Positions 1-13,546 of a stretch of 64,000 nt of DNA are shown in pieces. Location: contig CM052832.1 in NCBI GenBank assembly GCA_028534125.1, forward strand, positions 19,036,001-19,100,000, in the 5' to 3' direction. A program made the translations under genes and the position numbers. Source of the DNA: Lama glama. Taxonomy: Eukaryota. Every line of letters begins with the position of its first letter. Position 1 is the first letter of the stretch. The notes under the pieces were generated by a model. The model did no database searches, was not told where the DNA came from, and worked only from the letters and a program-made list of their open reading frames with translations.

Positions 1-48
1 ATCATTGGATAGTATTGGATTTCCATTGTATAATAAATAAGAATGTCT

Positions 49-231
49 AACAAGATTATACTATATAGCACAGGGAAATATTTACAAGATCTTGTGGTAG
101 CTCACGGTGAAAAAGTATGAGACAATGAATATATGTATGTATGTTCATGTATAACTGAAAAATAGTGCTCTACACTGGAAATTGACACAACATTGTAAAC
201 TGACTATAACTCAATAAAATAAAAATAAATA
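49..231 (+). mobile_element. Young 5'-truncated L1 3' end with 17-bp TSD
   Basis: L1 3'UTR tail ...gacacaacattgtaaactgactataactcaataaa; TSD aataaataagaatgtct at 32-48 and 232-248. Confidence 0.9.
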
Positions 232-3200
232 AATAAATAAGAATGTCTTATTCTGTTACTTTTTCTCCACTTTTAAAAAAAATCAGAGAAACAAAAACAG
301 CCAACAAAAACAATTTATTTGTTGAAAATTTGTCCTATAGAATTTTCCATACTGGTCTGGGCTGATTACTTCCTCATGGTGTTGCTTACTTTGTTCCTCT
401 GTTCATTGTATCCTATAAACTAGTAGTTTATAAGATCTAGATTAGATGAGATCTTGATTAGATTCCAGTTCTTTTTTTTTTTTTTTTTTTTTGGTAAGAC
501 TACTCGTAGGTGATGCTGTATGCTTCCTATTTTCATCAAAACCCCAGGTACATATGTGTAGTCGTGATGTTAAGATCAGCTGGTGGGTTCATATGATGTC
601 AATCAGATCCCTCTTTTATGAAGTTCCCCCATAACTTCCCACCGATATCATTGTCTCTATCCATTATTTCTTGACAATAGCAAAATGGTGATTTTATGAA
701 TTCTATTATTCCTTCTACACTTATTAGCTGCAATTCCCTCATCATCTCTAGTTAGCTTGAAGTAGAGTTCATATAAGGAAGAAAGGATGAATGTGTAATT
801 TATTTATTTTAAAAATATTTTCAGGATGAGTTAGTGTTCTAGAAACTCCCAAAGGCAGTCAATGATGTTTTTGTGTTTGTTTTATTATGAATTCAAGATC
901 GTTATGTATTTGCTGTGTTTCAACCAATAGCAGGCATTATTCTTTTTGATCCCCAAACTGTCCCACCTTTGACCAATGTGTATATTTTTAACACAAATAC
1001 TCTAATATGTAACAAAGTTGTTAAAGAAACTGGCACATTTCTACACTCTCAGGATAAACTGTTACCACTTTTAAGGAGGGCAATTTAGCAATATGTATCA
1101 GGAAAGTCAATTAATAAAAATAATCAGGTGTAGATAATAATTGTACAAAGGTATTAATTCTAGTGAACAATTAAAAAATGATGACAATAGGCTTTGATAC
1201 ATTTGTATGATGAAATAGTATAGCTACCATGTGAAAAATCTGGTTTTTGCAGAATTTTTATTATTGTGGGGACTTTTTTATATTATATAAATTGAAAGCA
1301 GTGGATTACCACAATCTTATAAACATATGATCCCAACTATTTTGTATAAATACGTATATAAACAGAAGGCTAGGAAGACATATTTCAAAGTGTTAATAAT
1401 AGTTATTCTTAGATGGTGGGATTATAGAATTTTTATGTCTCTTTGTACTTTATATTACAAATTATCTCCAATAATATGTATCACAGTAGATCTTATTAAA
1501 AAACAGCTATATTGAAATTTGCTTGTGAGAAATGATTTGTTATTCTTTGAATAATAAACCAAAGTAAATGTCTTTTACTGTGTTAGTGGAAATTGTACAA
1601 GAAAGAAAGAACATTTTTTTCCTCAACCAAAAGATCATTCTAACTTAGTTAAGGCATGAAAATAAAACTGAGCTGAATTTAAAATGAAACATACAGGAGA
1701 TATGTTATATTTTCCCTCCTAGGATCTGATCATTGCAATTAATTACACTTCTCCAAAAATAAATTGCCCCTGTGCTATCCAGTGAGTCAACCTGATATTT
1801 CAGCTTGATTCTTAACGTGAATGAGAGCATCAACATACATTAAGACAGGTGTGCCTGCCATTTGAATGGGTTTCCACGGGACATCCCCACCTACCAGTTC
1901 CTTTTTTGATACTGACAATTGCTAATTTTTGACATCTTAATGTCTAGTTGTCTGACAACCTCTGGTCCAAACCACTTATTAAGCACTTAATTTCTGCTTT
2001 CCTTTCTTATTACCAAAGATTACTTTTTCAAGTATTCAATGTTGAAAAATTAGATAAATCCTGATGAGCTAAAAGAAAATAAAATTCAGAAAAGTTCTGT
2101 CAAAACACTTTTAACAGGTTGCATAAATCCGATTTCCTGGACCTATATGACTAGCCTGTTAACTCTTTGGGGATAAGATTGATACCGAGTTTATCCTTTG
2201 TTTCCTTTGCACCTAGAAAAGAGGCCAAGTTTGTGACTCTAGGTTAAATATCGTTAGGTGAATAGTTAGACAACATGTGTGATCATGTCCAGTTAACCTC
2301 CAAATATTCACACCAAATGGAGGGAAGAAGAGCCAGGAAAGGAAAGGAAGATGGGGGAGAGTTGCGGGGTAGACGGTGGGGACAGAGGTGTATGTAGAGG
2401 TGTCTGTCTTTCCACTGAACTGTCACAGCAGGTCCTCTCTGCCTCATGCCCTCTCCCACCTATAGGTCCTGGTGTCCACACGGGTGGTGGTGGGAGTTCT
2501 AAGAATCCGATCTAAGATACAGTCAAAGGAAACGGGTAACTTAAAAGCTTCTACTTAGTTAGCACTAGGGTTCTTCTAGACAAAGAAATTCAAATAAGTG
2601 CCAGTGATGCTTAATTTTTCTGCTACTTGGAGATAATACCTTGGATTTATATAGAATCTGTCTACTGAACAACAGCACTCTGGGAGGCCAGAGCTAGGGG
2701 GCCACTGGATACCATGACAATGAGACCTTTCTAGGGTTAGAAATATAAAAGCCATGGGGCCTTTAAGAAAATGACAGAAACCAGCAAGGAAGTTCATTCT
2801 GTTCACCCCCCAACTCCTAGCAATAGCTATGCCTTAAAAGAAGGCAAAAGTAAAAGATATTTTGAATTTAAACTGAATTTCTGAGGACAAAAAATTTTTT
2901 TTTAACTCTTCAGAATATAATTGATTTTAAAAAAAAGATGCTGGAATTGAGAAGAACATATATTTGTTTAAAGAAATTCACATGGAGTTTAAAACATATT
3001 CCCTGTGATGTGATAAATACGAATATTCCAACATGGCTTTGGAAACACTGATTCTGGACTTCAAGAAGCCATCATTCCCTTCACATAGTCCCTCAAGTGA
3101 GTCGTTGCTCAGGAAGCATAAGAAGTTGAGTTTTCCTAGAGGTCAAAAATCAGAGCTGTAGGAGACTGAAACATGGGCTTGGATGGAATGATGGTGATGT

Positions 3201-3256
3201 ACTGATGAGCTTTTTTATGATGCTAAGTGATGTTCTGTTTCTCCTTTAACTCAAAG

Positions 3257-3957
3257 TGATACAGGAAAAATGTTGGGCATGAGACAATGGCCAGGTCCCA
3301 GGTCCCAGACGAATCCTTGGGATGCACCCCATCAAGTGAGGGTCCTTGGCTTCGAGCAGGAATGAATTCAAGAGTGAGCCATAGTTGAGTAAAAAGTAGG
3401 TTTATTCAGAGAGATGCACACTCCACAGACAGAGTGCAGGCCATCTCAGAAGGCCAAAGAGGCCTGGGAGTAGTCAAAGCAAAACTAGATACACACTCCA
3501 TAGACAGAATCCAAGCCATCTCAAAAGGTAAGAGAAAGGCAGAAGGGCCTAGGAGATACACATTCCATAGACGGAATGCGGGTCATCTTACTCAGAAGGG
3601 AGAGCAGCAGCCTCAGAGCGTGGGGTCAGTTGTGAAAAATGAAATTGGCCATGAGGTGTGGGAGTTGTTAGTTTTTATGGGGTGGGTAACTTCATATGCT
3701 AACAAGTGGGAGGATCATTCCAACTACTTTGGGAAAGGGGCTGGCAGTCCAGGAACTGGACCATCGCCCACTTTTTGACCTTTTATGGTCAGCCTTGAAA
3801 CAGTCATGGCTCGGGTTCCATTTAGCATGCTATTGTATATCAATGAACAACTATTGAAGCTCCAGGTCTACTGGGAGTTGAATCTTCCGTCGTCTTGGTG
3901 CTAATTGCTGGGTCATTCTTTTAATGGCTGTGCCCTGCCCCCTTCCTTCCTGTCTCA
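3257..3957 (-). mobile_element. ERV1-type solo LTR (~700 bp)
   Basis: Ends tgatacagga...tcctgtctca (TG...CA inverted termini); tttatt near 3401 is AATAAA on the minus strand; three internal degenerate ~40-bp repeats (agatacacactccatagacaga...). Confidence 0.8.
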
Positions 3958-5209
3958 GTGGTATTTCAAAGTCAAATTCTTGGTGTATTCACGAACTAAA
4001 GAAACAGGAGAAATTGCATGGAATTAAAAATTACAGAGACTTGTTTTTTCTGAATCACAGGTGAGCCATTTTTGAAAGCAATGTGTTCAGAAAGACAGTT
4101 TTATGAATGGATGTCACTTAATAGGTAAAACTAAAGGTGAACAAAAACACAAAATGCTACCTAAAAGGTTTATTTTCTAGTGCTTTGTGATTCATCAGGG
4201 CTATTGTGTGCAGAAGAGAGGGCAGTGGCTTCCATCTGTTGTATTTGGTTGTTACTGCATTTTTATTAGATATTTATATAGGTATGCATTTTGCCACATG
4301 TAGAAAGGAGAGCTGAGTTTCATTATTTGAGGTCTCACCAGTCTGGATTTATGACAATTCACATAAAGATAGGTTAAAGCCTACCTTTGTTTAGCAATAA
4401 AAAATAAAGGACTGAGAGTGGATTGAACAGATTCATCTTCTAAAGTACTTTGGAAGGTCAGTATGTAAACAATGGTGACACTAATTATAAAACCTCCTTG
4501 CCCCTGAAAAATAGGAAGTTTTACAATTTTAGAGGCACGACTTTTGTTACCCTATTTGAATTGCTGTTTGTCTTTTTTGTCCATTTTTAAAAGCAAAAAA
4601 AATTAATGTATACTTTTAATGAAATCATCTGTATGAATTTAGAATATGAATCCCCCTGCGGTTTCTTTGAATTAGTGAAAGTTCTCGGTATCACGGAGAT
4701 TACAGCAGTCTTAGATGCAAGACTCTGACAGTTGGAGAGTCAACAGAGGAAAATCTTGAGGTTTGGAGCAGGAATTCCCTCTGAAAGGAAACTGGCAGTA
4801 CATAAGAAGTTAAAAGCCTGGAGGAAATAAATAGCATGCCAATGAAGGCAGAGGGTAGGGAGAGGCAGGTCTGTCTGTCCTTGCTCTGTCCAGCCTTTCC
4901 ATGACTGCTGAGATGTGGGTCAGGGGCTGACATTCGGGTGGGGTTGGGGGGCGCTCAAATCCTGACACAGCAAGGCCAAAAAGAACCACTCAGGCAAAAG
5001 GCACTTTTTGGATCTTCAAGTCTCCTATAAGCAAGTGTTCTATTTTTCAAACATTAAAACAACAACAAAAAGAGTGAGCCCATGAAGGACTTTCTGATAA
5101 ATTATATTTTTAAAATAGGAAAAGATTAAGTTTTAAAGGCATATCCTAATTCGCTAGACTAAGAACAGATATTTGTATGGTTCTGCACACTGACAAAATA
5201 CTTAATGAT

Positions 5210-5935
5210 CACGACTATTACAAGGGGTAGATTCCAACCCACCGGTTTGGCCAATGAGCCTGGCAAAGCGGAAGCACAGGATGTAACGGAGTTGGTCAGT
5301 GGCCAAGCCTGAGGGGGAGTTGTTAGAGGGGGAGAGCAATGGGGAAGTACAAACCCATCCCCAGGGTCAGAAAGGAAAGTCTGTGATGGGAGGGTCAGTG
5401 TCTAGGCTCCAAATACAGACGTGTGGTGCGTGGTTTGTGTTTCTCCCCGCTAGGGACGGAAGGGAAAGCATTCATTGTCCGGTCCCAGCTCCGCCAGTAA
5501 ACGGGTCACCAGTCTCGCAGTGGCAGCGTTACAAATGGCAGACTAGGAGCGGAGCCCCTTTTGGGTACAGAGGGAGGCATCTTCCTGTGAGCGTGGGAGC
5601 GGCCCTGAACCCAGTCTGTGCAGGGGAGGAAAAGGGCCCCTGGTGTGGATTACCACATCCTGGAGCAATCTGAGGTCTTGCCCTGCTCTGTGCTACAGCT
5701 CCGCTCTGCGGCAGTGCCACGCGGGGAGACACAATGGTCACAAGCCACCGCCAGGATGGGAAACCTACTTAACCAGTGGGAAGAAGCAAGTTTTGTGGGT
5801 CAAGGGATCGCTGGACCCTGGAGGAAGCGGCTTCTCAGCTGGTGGAGGTGAGGCAGAGGGGTCCAGCTTTCATTCGGTTTTGGAGCAGACAGGCAGCGCT
5901 GTCGGCCGGAAGTTGGTTGGTTGCCAAGATACACA
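5210..5935. promoter_or_regulatory. CpG-enriched candidate promoter/enhancer
   Basis: CCAAT 5251-5255, GCGGAAG 5268-5274, CCGGAAGT 5906-5913, X-box-like GTTGCCAAGATAC 5920-5932; about 25-30 CpGs by eye in ~700 bp. Confidence 0.4.
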
Positions 5936-6379
5936 CCAGCTCTGAGCCCAAGGGAGCTGGGTGCTCAGATTTGTTTCTGGGTGGTCTTCACCACCCTGTC
6001 AAGCCTAGAAAAGAATCCAGGGACTCAGGGTAGATATCCCATAAAGATTTTAACATTTGGTGAGCATTTTCCTTCTGTATATTTCACAAACACCAACATT
6101 TAGCACAGCACTGGAAGATACTGTTCCCAGCAGACACCAATTATCTCTTTGACTCCCGTCAGACGTGGCCAGCCCTTGAGTCCACCTTCAGAAGACTCTC
6201 GGAGCTGGGTGCATTTCAACATTTTGAGATTTGGGGAGGCGTGGGAAGATGGATTTTCCGAAAGATAGTGCATGAAGCTGGAAAAACTGCTAGATTGGGA
6301 GTCAGCTGATTGGCGATTAAGCCCTGGTGGTAACAGTTCTAGCGGTGAAAACTGCTCTGCACTTGAACAGAAATGACAA

Positions 6380-6720
6380 CAGAAGTGACTCTGAATCTTG
6401 GCTGTGTTCTGCCCCTTAGTAGCTGTGTGGCCTTCAGCAAGTCCTTTAATTTCTCTGAGCCTCCAAATCCTCACCTGCTAAATGACTACAATGACCAACT
6501 TCACAGGGTTGGACTAAGAATGAAGTGAAAGAATGACTCACACAGTGCCTGGCACAAGCGCTGTCCCCAGTAAGGGATAGGTGTTCTCTCTCATTCCTTT
6601 TTCGCTGAGCCCCAGTTTCCACAAGAGTGAAAAGTGGGATAATAATACGATCATTTTAACTCACAGGAGAGTTGGGAGTCTCCAGTGAGATAACGGATGT
6701 GAAATCACGTCTACTCATAA
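6380..6720 (+). mobile_element. MIR fragments (two adjacent)
   Basis: MIR core tagctgtgtggccttcagcaagtcctttaatttctctgagcctc...aaatg; boundaries approximate. Confidence 0.7.
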
Positions 6721-6805
6721 GAATGTAAGGTTTGAATCATTCCTACCAGGTTGACATTTTAGGACCCATCATCTGGGCCACCTCTGCGTCAAGAAGCAAT
6801 GGAGT

Positions 6806-7178
6806 ATAAGTCAGAGAAAGACAAATACCATATGGTATCACTTATACATGCAGTCTAAAAAGAAATGATACAAATTCTATTTACAAACCAAAAACAGACT
6901 CAGGGACATAGAAACCACACTATGGTTACCAAAGGGGAAAGGGCGGGGAGGGATGAATTAGGGGCTGGGGATGAAAATACATACATGACTATCTATGAAA
7001 TAGATAAACAAGGACCTACTGTATAGCACAGGGAACTATATTCAATTTCCTGTAATAACATATAATGGAAAAGAATCTGAAAAGAAAAAAAATACATGTA
7101 TGTATATGTATAACTGAATCACTTTGCAGGACACTGAAACTAACAGTAAATCAACTACACTTCAATTTAAAAAAAAAG
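6806..7178 (+). mobile_element. L1 3' end
   Basis: aagtcagagaaagacaaataccatatg...gtatagcacagggaactatattc...A-rich tail. Confidence 0.85.
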
Positions 7179-8369
7179 CAGTAGCGGCAATAGAGGAGTG
7201 GGTTTGGCTGCTGTGGGAAGAGATAAGGCAAGGCCCTGAGAATGGGGCTGTGACTGGGACTCAGGGAGACGTTATTTATTAATACAACTGGAGGCAGCAG
7301 AGTCCTGGAAGAGGTTACCCTTGAAGAGGTGATGGAAAAAAGGGGTACACAAGAAATCAAGAGCAAACTTCTGGCCTGGGTAAAAAAGGATGCATACTGA
7401 CTGTACCGAGAGGGTAAGGGGTCTGACCGAAGTCTCCCAGGTGATCAGAGGCAAGACTTGGAAATAAATACCATGCCCTTGGCAGGGACAGTCACACCTC
7501 TCCACCCCACCACATCACCTTCTCAGATACAGAGAAGGAAACAGCATTAGCAGTGACGGTGAATAAAAAATATGTAGTCTCACCCTGAGGCTTATGTTTC
7601 TCATCTTAAAAACCAAGCAACTTCATTTTAGCTGTGGAGGAAATCGATTTCTTGTCCTTTGGGGGAATAATAACAATGTGTAGTTTGCTCAGTTAAAAGC
7701 TGGACTAAAAGCATAAAGCTAAACATGATTTCCTGAAGAAATCAAGACATTCCTTCCCTCTTTTCCATCTGTGTGCAAGATGTTATTGTTCTCGATGCAA
7801 AACACAGAATTTGAACTCAGGAAAGAAAATGGAGAGGGAAAGAACAGGGTGGCTGGAAATCTCTTCAACCCCAGCAGGACTCCTGGACCCTCTGCAACTG
7901 TGTCTTAGCTTCTCAGGGCCAGTACAGCCTCAACTGGAGAATGGCTCTTCCTTCTCCCGTACCCCAGTTCTCCTGCCTCCCCTGGCCTCTGCTCTTTTCT
8001 GTCAACCTGGCTGTAGATCTTACATTGAAGAAAACAGTCCCTGACTTGTGTCCTGGTTCTGTCATCACATACAGTGTCAGAGAAGAAAATGTAGGGTTGG
8101 TCCATTCTGAACTGTAATCATTTACTGCTGATTCAATAAAGTATCTCTGAGTCATTCCCACTAATACTCCTAGGGTGCAGATGAGACACAGTGGGACTCC
8201 AGAGAGGTTCCCTGTCCCTGATTTGCCTCGAGCTTCCTGAGAGGGGAACACAGCCATGAGGACCATGAAGACCTCAGGGGTTGTCCGTTCTGGTGATCAC
8301 TGTTTGCCCATGCTTTTTGGTGATTAGAGATCTTACCACCTGCAAATGATTATACCTTCTAAAAATACA

Positions 8370-8870
8370 TCCAATAATGGATATTACTGTGCAATGAGGA
8401 GGTACAAACATGTATGCAACAACATGAACCTCGAGTGTATTGTGCCAGATGAAAGAAGCCAGACTCACCGAATATGAAAATAGATATATGTATATTCATA
8501 TATGACTGAAGAATTATGCTGTACACCAGAAACTGACACAACATTGTAAACTGACTATACTTCAATTTTAAAAAAGTAAAAAAAAAAAAAAAGAAAAGAA
8601 GCCAGACTCAGAAGGCTACAGACTGTAGATTCCATTTATAAGACATTCTGAAAAAGGAAAAACTCTAAGGACAGAAAGCAGATCATTGGTTGATGCTGGC
8701 TGGGGTTGAATACAAAAGAGCATGAGGGAATGTGTGAGGTAGGGGAACTTTCATATCCTGATTGTGGTGGTAATTACACAACCACTGGTGTTTTCTAAGG
8801 CTCACGGGATCATACACTAAAAAATAAAAGTGCTCTTTATAAAAAAGTACTCTAAATAAATAATACATCA
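8370..8870 (+). mobile_element. Old L1M 3' fragment interrupted by a young L1 (8468-8594)
   Basis: Host reads gaaagaagccagactca|gaaggctacagactgtagattccatttata; 16-bp TSD aaagaagccagactca at 8452-8467 and 8595-8610. Confidence 0.85.
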
Positions 8871-11800
8871 AAAAACTTGACTACATTTTTAAAAGAACCA
8901 TTAACAAAAATAAATGCTACATATATTGAAGTGTTTAGAGTGAAATGTATGGATGTCTGGAACTAACTTTGAGAGCATTAAAAATAAGGTTTATTAATGG
9001 ATTGATAGTGGGATGGACATACAGAGAGATATAAGATAAAGTAAGTATAGTAAAATATCAGTGGTAGAATCTAGGTGGTAGTTATATGGATGTTCCCTTT
9101 ATAATTCTTTCAACGTTTCTGTGAGTGAAAATTGTTGCTGATGAAATCTTGGAAAACACTGAAAAATACATCTAACACATTCCTTCATCATCTGTACCAT
9201 TTAGAGAGTACTTGCAGGTCCACAAAATTGCTTTCATTGTCTCTGATAGGCTCTAAAGAGCAACCTTTCTCTCCCTTTGAAATCATCCTGACAGAAGGAA
9301 AGCTTCCTCTTGGTCCAGAGTGGGGGAAATCTCTGGGGATTCTTTGCGGGCTCATTTACATGTACTTGCTATCTTCACGTTAACACAATATTAGCAAGTA
9401 AGTACTTTATGGCTTTTGTCACTTGCTTGGAAATTGAAGGATTGCATTAATTTGACTCTATTCATAATAAATCCTCAGGGAACAAAGCTCTGGGCACAGC
9501 AATTTAAAGAGTTAGCAAATATCCCTGACTCTGTTTTTCTTGATCTTGTGTGGCTCTTTTTAGGGCAGGCTCAGGTTTAGGATGCCCCTTTCTGTTCCAT
9601 TCTATGATGGAGATAAGTGCCAAGCCACCCAAGCACAGGGACATCCTGGTGCCTTGGAAACCAGGGACTAATGGCACCAACCTGCGACAGGACAGGAAAT
9701 GGTCGTGTTTCCCAATCACCCTTCATTTGGTAGAGGATGAAAAGATTTACCCTTCAAGGAGTGTGTGTGGGATAGTTTTCTGAAAGTAGACACACAAACC
9801 CTCTCCTGATAACTCTGACCTTTTCAACACTCCTCATTACCATCTGGACAGCACGGCATGGCTAGAGGGTCAGAGACATCCAGGCTTTGTGAATACTAAA
9901 GTGGATGTTTCAGTTCCTATCCAGTACAATTCATTTTTACAATTACAATCATTTTTTTGTCTATTTAAGTGAATCAGATTTGATACATATAAAATGCCCA
10001 AATTCTGCAGACCTCCATTTGGATTTGGTTGTGTTGATCCAGTCTAAAGATATTTATGGCTATTGACTGTCCAAAAGGTATTCAAGTTACATTGTTAAAT
10101 GAAACAAGCAAGTTGCAGAACAGAGCCTGTGAAAACAATATACTGAGTGTATTTTAGAAAAGGAAAGGGAGCCCTGTGCTGTATGATGGGGGGCTGGGAA
10201 TTCTAGATGACTTTCCCCCTCTTTCTTATGTGTTTCTGTATTGTTTGATTTTTATACAAAAAAGACATAACAGCTTTGTATCAGATCAAAACTAGATGAT
10301 GTTTATATTTTAGCACTACTGCCTAAGTTCAGATCTTGATAGTCTTAACAGCTTGTGTGTGCGTATGTGTCTCTGTGTGTGTGTACACATACATATGCAC
10401 ATATTCTTACACAGTTAAACAGTTTCTTGGTTCTTGATATTTCAGAGGAAAAACTCACACTCACATAGTGGCTCGTCTACAGGCTGACATATTTCAAGAT
10501 GGTTTCCATCCCCTAAGATTCTCCTTCCCCCCAACTTAATAAACTATCTCAATGCTTCTGAAAAAATTTGCTATATGGGTAATTTTCTGCTTCGAACCGG
10601 AGTCCAACTTGTTATTGTAGCAATTAACTTTTGGGCTCTTTAGATCCATCCACCAACAACCAATCAGAGGACGAAAGGCTTTCAGATCTGTCACCAAGCT
10701 CCGAGTTCTCTAATCCCGCTGCAGTTTTCTTTCTTTTTAATTGTGGTGAGTTGTATTCGTATTTGTTTCTTCTTCCTCTCCTTCCCCTTTCCCTCCACAC
10801 CCTCTCTTTTGTCTGCCCTTGGCTGGAGACAGCTAAAATATCTGTCCAGATCGATGTACATAAAAAGAGAGCCCTTTCTCAACCAACAGAACCCCCTTGA
10901 ATTATTCAAAGTCTCTCCCTTTCTCCGGTTTCCCATCCTTTTCTTCCTTGACCGTGTAAGCTGGAATGGGCCATTTGGCAGTGGCACTCCTTGACTCAAT
11001 CATGCAGGTAGGAAGGAGGAGGGTAAGGCTTCTATGGAAGCAATTAATCTTCTGGATGCTGAGAAAATCTGTCATGTCTGAAGGTATATAAATAATTCTT
11101 ATGCCAGTATGAATATTAGGCTCCCCAAAACAAAATACAGTCAGATTCTCAGTCACTGGCAGAACAGCTGGTAAACAAGATGCAGAACTATCTCAGGCCC
11201 TGGGGGGCCAGCCTGCCCTTGTCTGGGCTGAGACCATTCATGGGCAACTTTAGGAGGTTGTTTAGATTAGAGTCTAGGAAAACATGTGACCCATGAGTTA
11301 AAGAAATGTTCTAAAAGCCAGCTTTATTTTTTCATACTGAGAGCGACCCCCTAGCTTACCTCCCCCCAAATCTCTTAAGCTTATGGCTTTAAAGGAAATA
11401 GAAGCCAAGAAGAGGAATGCACGGGGTGTAACAGAACAGAGAAGGCCAGCAACTGCCGCACAGGAATCTGACGTTCTCGAGCAATTCCGAAGTCAGAAGG
11501 ATGACAAGATACCAGGGCAGCACCACTGCTTCTGTTCTGGTCAAGGACGTTTGGGTGTCGGTATCTGTATCCAGGCTGAAAAGCTAAACCTGCAGCCTTA
11601 TGGCTTCCTCAAGCCAGGGCAAAATCCCAGAGGGGAGGAGCGTTGGAGAGAAACGTGAGAGTCGCTCCAGCTCGACAGCAGTCCGACCCCCACCAGATAA
11701 CAGGTAAGCCAGGCGGAAAGCTGATAGTGGCCGGGCTGCTCTGTAAGCTGATGCTGGGTCTCTGGCCAGCAGGGGCCATCTGCAGAGTGGGCGGCCCTGC

Positions 11801-12901
11801 GCCGAAGGAGGATACTAGGAAAGGCGCGGGCCAGACCCTGCATCCACCAGCCCCTCTGGCTTCCTGGGGCCTCAGTTTCATCCGGAGACACAGAGGTATT
11901 TAGAAAAGGCTCCAAGACCCTGAGTGCCCTCCAAAGCCACACGGGGTGATGAATAACCTGCTGGGTTCTTACCTCCTTGTGTATAACTGCCAATCGAGGA
12001 GAGCCTCCCTTCAAAACCACACTCGCACTCCCATGACAGCCCCCCGGGATGGGTTTGTGGAACTCAGACCGCTGCCTGCAGGTCCCCTTCTTGCCCAGTC
12101 ACAAGAACATCACGACACTGAGTCAGGAGAATGAAGAAGCAGAACAAGACAGCTATGTCACATTGACACTGGGGAGGAAGTCACCAGTGGTATAGGCCCC
12201 TGAATCTCAACCGGGTATCAGCTTTGTCACTGTTGCCTTCTCAGGGACACAGAGAACATGTTTCCATTCCTTGAATCAGATCCACAGAGGGTACTACCAC
12301 CCTGCAGCTCTCCCCAGACATGGAGTTCCACCTTTTAAGGTGACAAAGCAATAAGATCCAGTTGGGCTGGGGCCACCCGTATGCACTGACTTGTACTGAA
12401 AACAGCCCGGGGATCCACTATGGGTGGAAAACACGACCCCCAGCTTCCCGGAAGAACAGGAGTTAGTTGCAACCCCCAGGGGTCACAGTGGTTTTCCCCT
12501 GGCATGGCTGGGTTGCCTCCTGCCTGGTGTGGGACCAGCTGGCGGGATATGGGGAGTAAAGTGAGGTGATGTTAGGAGCTGAGGAAGGGGGGCTGCCTTC
12601 CCCAGTATGGCATCCTCCCCAGCTCATAGGTGTGACGGTGACAATGGCAGTCCCTTTTTCCTGTCCCCAGTGTAAATGTTACCATTACCAGTCTCTCAGA
12701 TTCCAGTAGCTACCCCTGCCATATGCCAGGCACTGGACAGATTTATGTCTTTTAACCCCCCAATAACACCGTGAGGTTGGTATCATTATAATAACCATTT
12801 GGGGCTTAAGGAAGTGGACACTCAGAGAGTGTAGTGACTTGCTCACAGGCCAATAGCTAAGATGTAGAAGTCGGATGTGAAGTCAAATTTCTCTTTTATC
12901 A

Positions 12902-13546
12902 GGCTAAAAATAGACTTGCCATATGACCCAGCAATCCCACTCCTGGGCATATATCCAGAAGGAACCCTAATTCAAAAAGACACCTGCACCCCAATTTCAT
13001 AGCAGCACTATTTACAATAGCCAAGACATGGAAACAACCTAAATGTCCATCGACAGATGACTGGATAAAGAAGTTGTTGTATATTTATACAGCCATAAAA
13101 AATGACAGCATAATGCCATTTGCAGCAACATGGATGTCCATGGAGAATGTCATTCTAAGTGAAGTAAGCCAGAAAGAGAAAGAAAAATACCATATGATAT
13201 CACTCATATGTGGAATCTAAAAAAAAAGAAGACAAATAAACTTAAATATAAAACAGAAACAGACTCACAGACATAGAATACAAACTTGTGGTTGCCAGCA
13301 GGGAGGGGGTTGGGAAGGGACAGACTGGGAGTTCGAGATTTGTAGATACTGACTGGTATATATAGAATAGATAAACAAGTTTATACTTTATAGCACAGGG
13401 AAATATATTCAAGATCTTGTAGTAGCTCATGGTGAAAAAGAATATGAAAATGAATATATGTATATTCATGTATGACTGAAAAATTGTGCTGTACACCAGA
13501 CATTGACACAACATTGTAAACTGACTATAACTCAATAAAAAAAACC
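12902..13546 (+). mobile_element. Young L1 3' end (ORF2 C-terminus plus 3'UTR) at the edge of a minus-strand MIR
   Basis: ctaaaaatagacttgccatatgacccagcaatcccactcctggg (LPYDPAIPLLG); TSD tctcttttatca at 12890-12901 and 13547-13558. Confidence 0.92.
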
